Part shown: positions 63,200-64,000 of the stretch, piece after piece
Numbering within the stretch: the first letter of the stretch is position 1
Layout: each line of letters begins with the position of its first letter
Position numbers and translations under genes: made by a program
Origin: an uncultured delta proteobacterium
Lineage (GTDB): Bacteria; Desulfobacterota; BSN033; UBA1163
Direction of reading: 5' to 3'
Assembly (NCBI GenBank): GCA_963827685.1
Contig: CAWHBU010000003.1
Span: 1,120,001 to 1,184,000 of the forward strand
Length of the DNA: 64,000 nucleotides
Notes under the pieces: generated by a model
Seen by the model: only the letters and a program-made list of their open reading frames with translations
Database searches by the model: none
What the model was told of the DNA's origin: nothing

Positions 63200-63228
63200 C
63201 TGTCAGGGCCCATATGTTGGAGGAAAAC

Positions 63229-63825
63229 ATGGAGCAGGGAAACGCCAAAGCCATCGTTATCTGTCCTTTCTGTAAGTCGGAAAACCCTGAAATAAGTATT
63301 TGCCTTACATGTGGGGCACAACTAAAGAGAGAAAAGTTGAATGCCAAAGACCTGATCCCAAGACCGGTATGGTTAACCGTCCTCGCCGGTCTTTACGCAC
63401 TCCTTTTTATCAAAAATATGTTTCTTATTTTATTTCAAAAAAATGCAGCAGCCATCGTTATATTAATCATAATTGCCATTATCGAGATTTCAATGGCTTA
63501 CGGTTTGTGGCAGCTTAAGAAATGGGCATGGACAGTAGTAGTCATAAGTTGCTTTGCAGGTCTCATATTCGTGTGGCTCATCCCGATATTACTGTGGTTA
63601 AATCCTTCCGAAGGCTTAAGATTATTCTACAAGGCTTTCTTTCATGTGACCGTTCGCCATCAGAATTCAATTGACTTCTTCAGGGCAGCAGCAATAAAAG
63701 GATCTTTGATAGGTGCCATCCTTACATCGATAATAAATGTTTTAATCTTGGTATATTTCTATAGTCCGCGCATACGTGAAATTTTCTCAGATAATCCTGT
63801 ATTTTGGAAAGCGGCAAGCTTGTAA
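63229..63825 (+). CDS. Zinc-ribbon membrane protein
   Basis: CPFC...CLTCG plus four TM helices; GGAGG RBS. Confidence 0.72.
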   Translation: MEQGNAKAIVICPFCKSENPEISICLTCGAQLKREKLNAKDLIPRPVWLTVLAGLYALLFIKNMFLILFQKNAAAIVILIIIAIIEISMAYGLWQLKKWAWTVVVISCFAGLIFVWLIPILLWLNPSEGLRLFYKAFFHVTVRHQNSIDFFRAAAIKGSLIGAILTSIINVLILVYFYSPRIREIFSDNPVFWKAASL

Positions 63826-63869
63826 TGCTATAATCATGAACATTAAACAATAGTGGTAAGAGGAACCCC

Positions 63870-63966
63870 GGGGTCAGACTTAAATATTGACATCTAAGGA
63901 CAAAAAGAAAGATTGTCTTGTGTCTGAAGAGAGTAAGGAAAAATCTCAATAATTGAGTTTGACCCC
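63870..63966. repeat. Repeat module core, copy 5
   Basis: GGGGTCAGACTTAAATATTGA...TCAATAATTGAGTTTGACCCC. Confidence 0.9.
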
Positions 63967-64000
63967 CGAAGATGGCGCCTTAACATAAGTGAGAAGAAAT

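Larger units (their letters stand above)
55910..64000 (+). mobile_element. Integron-type gene cassette array; no integrase in the window
   Basis: Co-oriented unrelated single genes bounded by complementary GTT.../...AAC cores and attC-like palindromes. Confidence 0.75.

Noticed and set aside
55753-63966. Repeat module as a CRISPR-like array
   Set aside because: The repeats are about 97 bp or longer and are separated by whole genes of 0.5-2.5 kb.

Overview
Chromosomal window from an anaerobic, selenium-using bacterium, probably Desulfobacterota/deltaproteobacterial (inferred from gene content). The core part holds hypE/hypA/hypB, a Sec-containing formate dehydrogenase operon (fdnG-fdnH-fdhE), a second hidden selenoprotein, selA and selC, a porCDAB operon fused to NuoE/NuoF/2Fe-2S genes, dnaX-ybaB-recR, SRP RNA, a serS/tRNA-Ser/tRNA-Arg/tadA cluster, uvrA and carboxy(nor)spermidine genes. 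There are three accessory regions. (1) A 5.7-kb IS1-family cargo transposon (767-6500; 17-bp TIRs, 8-bp TSD) carries a tRNA-like RNA upstream of its transposase, a toxin-antitoxin-third-gene trio, and a RelA/SpoT-domain gene split by an IS4 element. (2) The tRNA-Ser 3' ends carry small insertions: a GIY-YIG gene with a 66-bp tandem array, and a small element that interrupts T-loops and hairpin loops. (3) From about 50.3 kb to the end lies a defence-rich island (TIR, REase-TPR-GreAB-PIN, HEPN-like, FRG, SEFIR). It continues into an integron-type cassette array with no integrase in view, where a conserved 97-200-bp repeat module repeatedly sits inside attC sites. All calls come from reading the sequence; no database searches were run.
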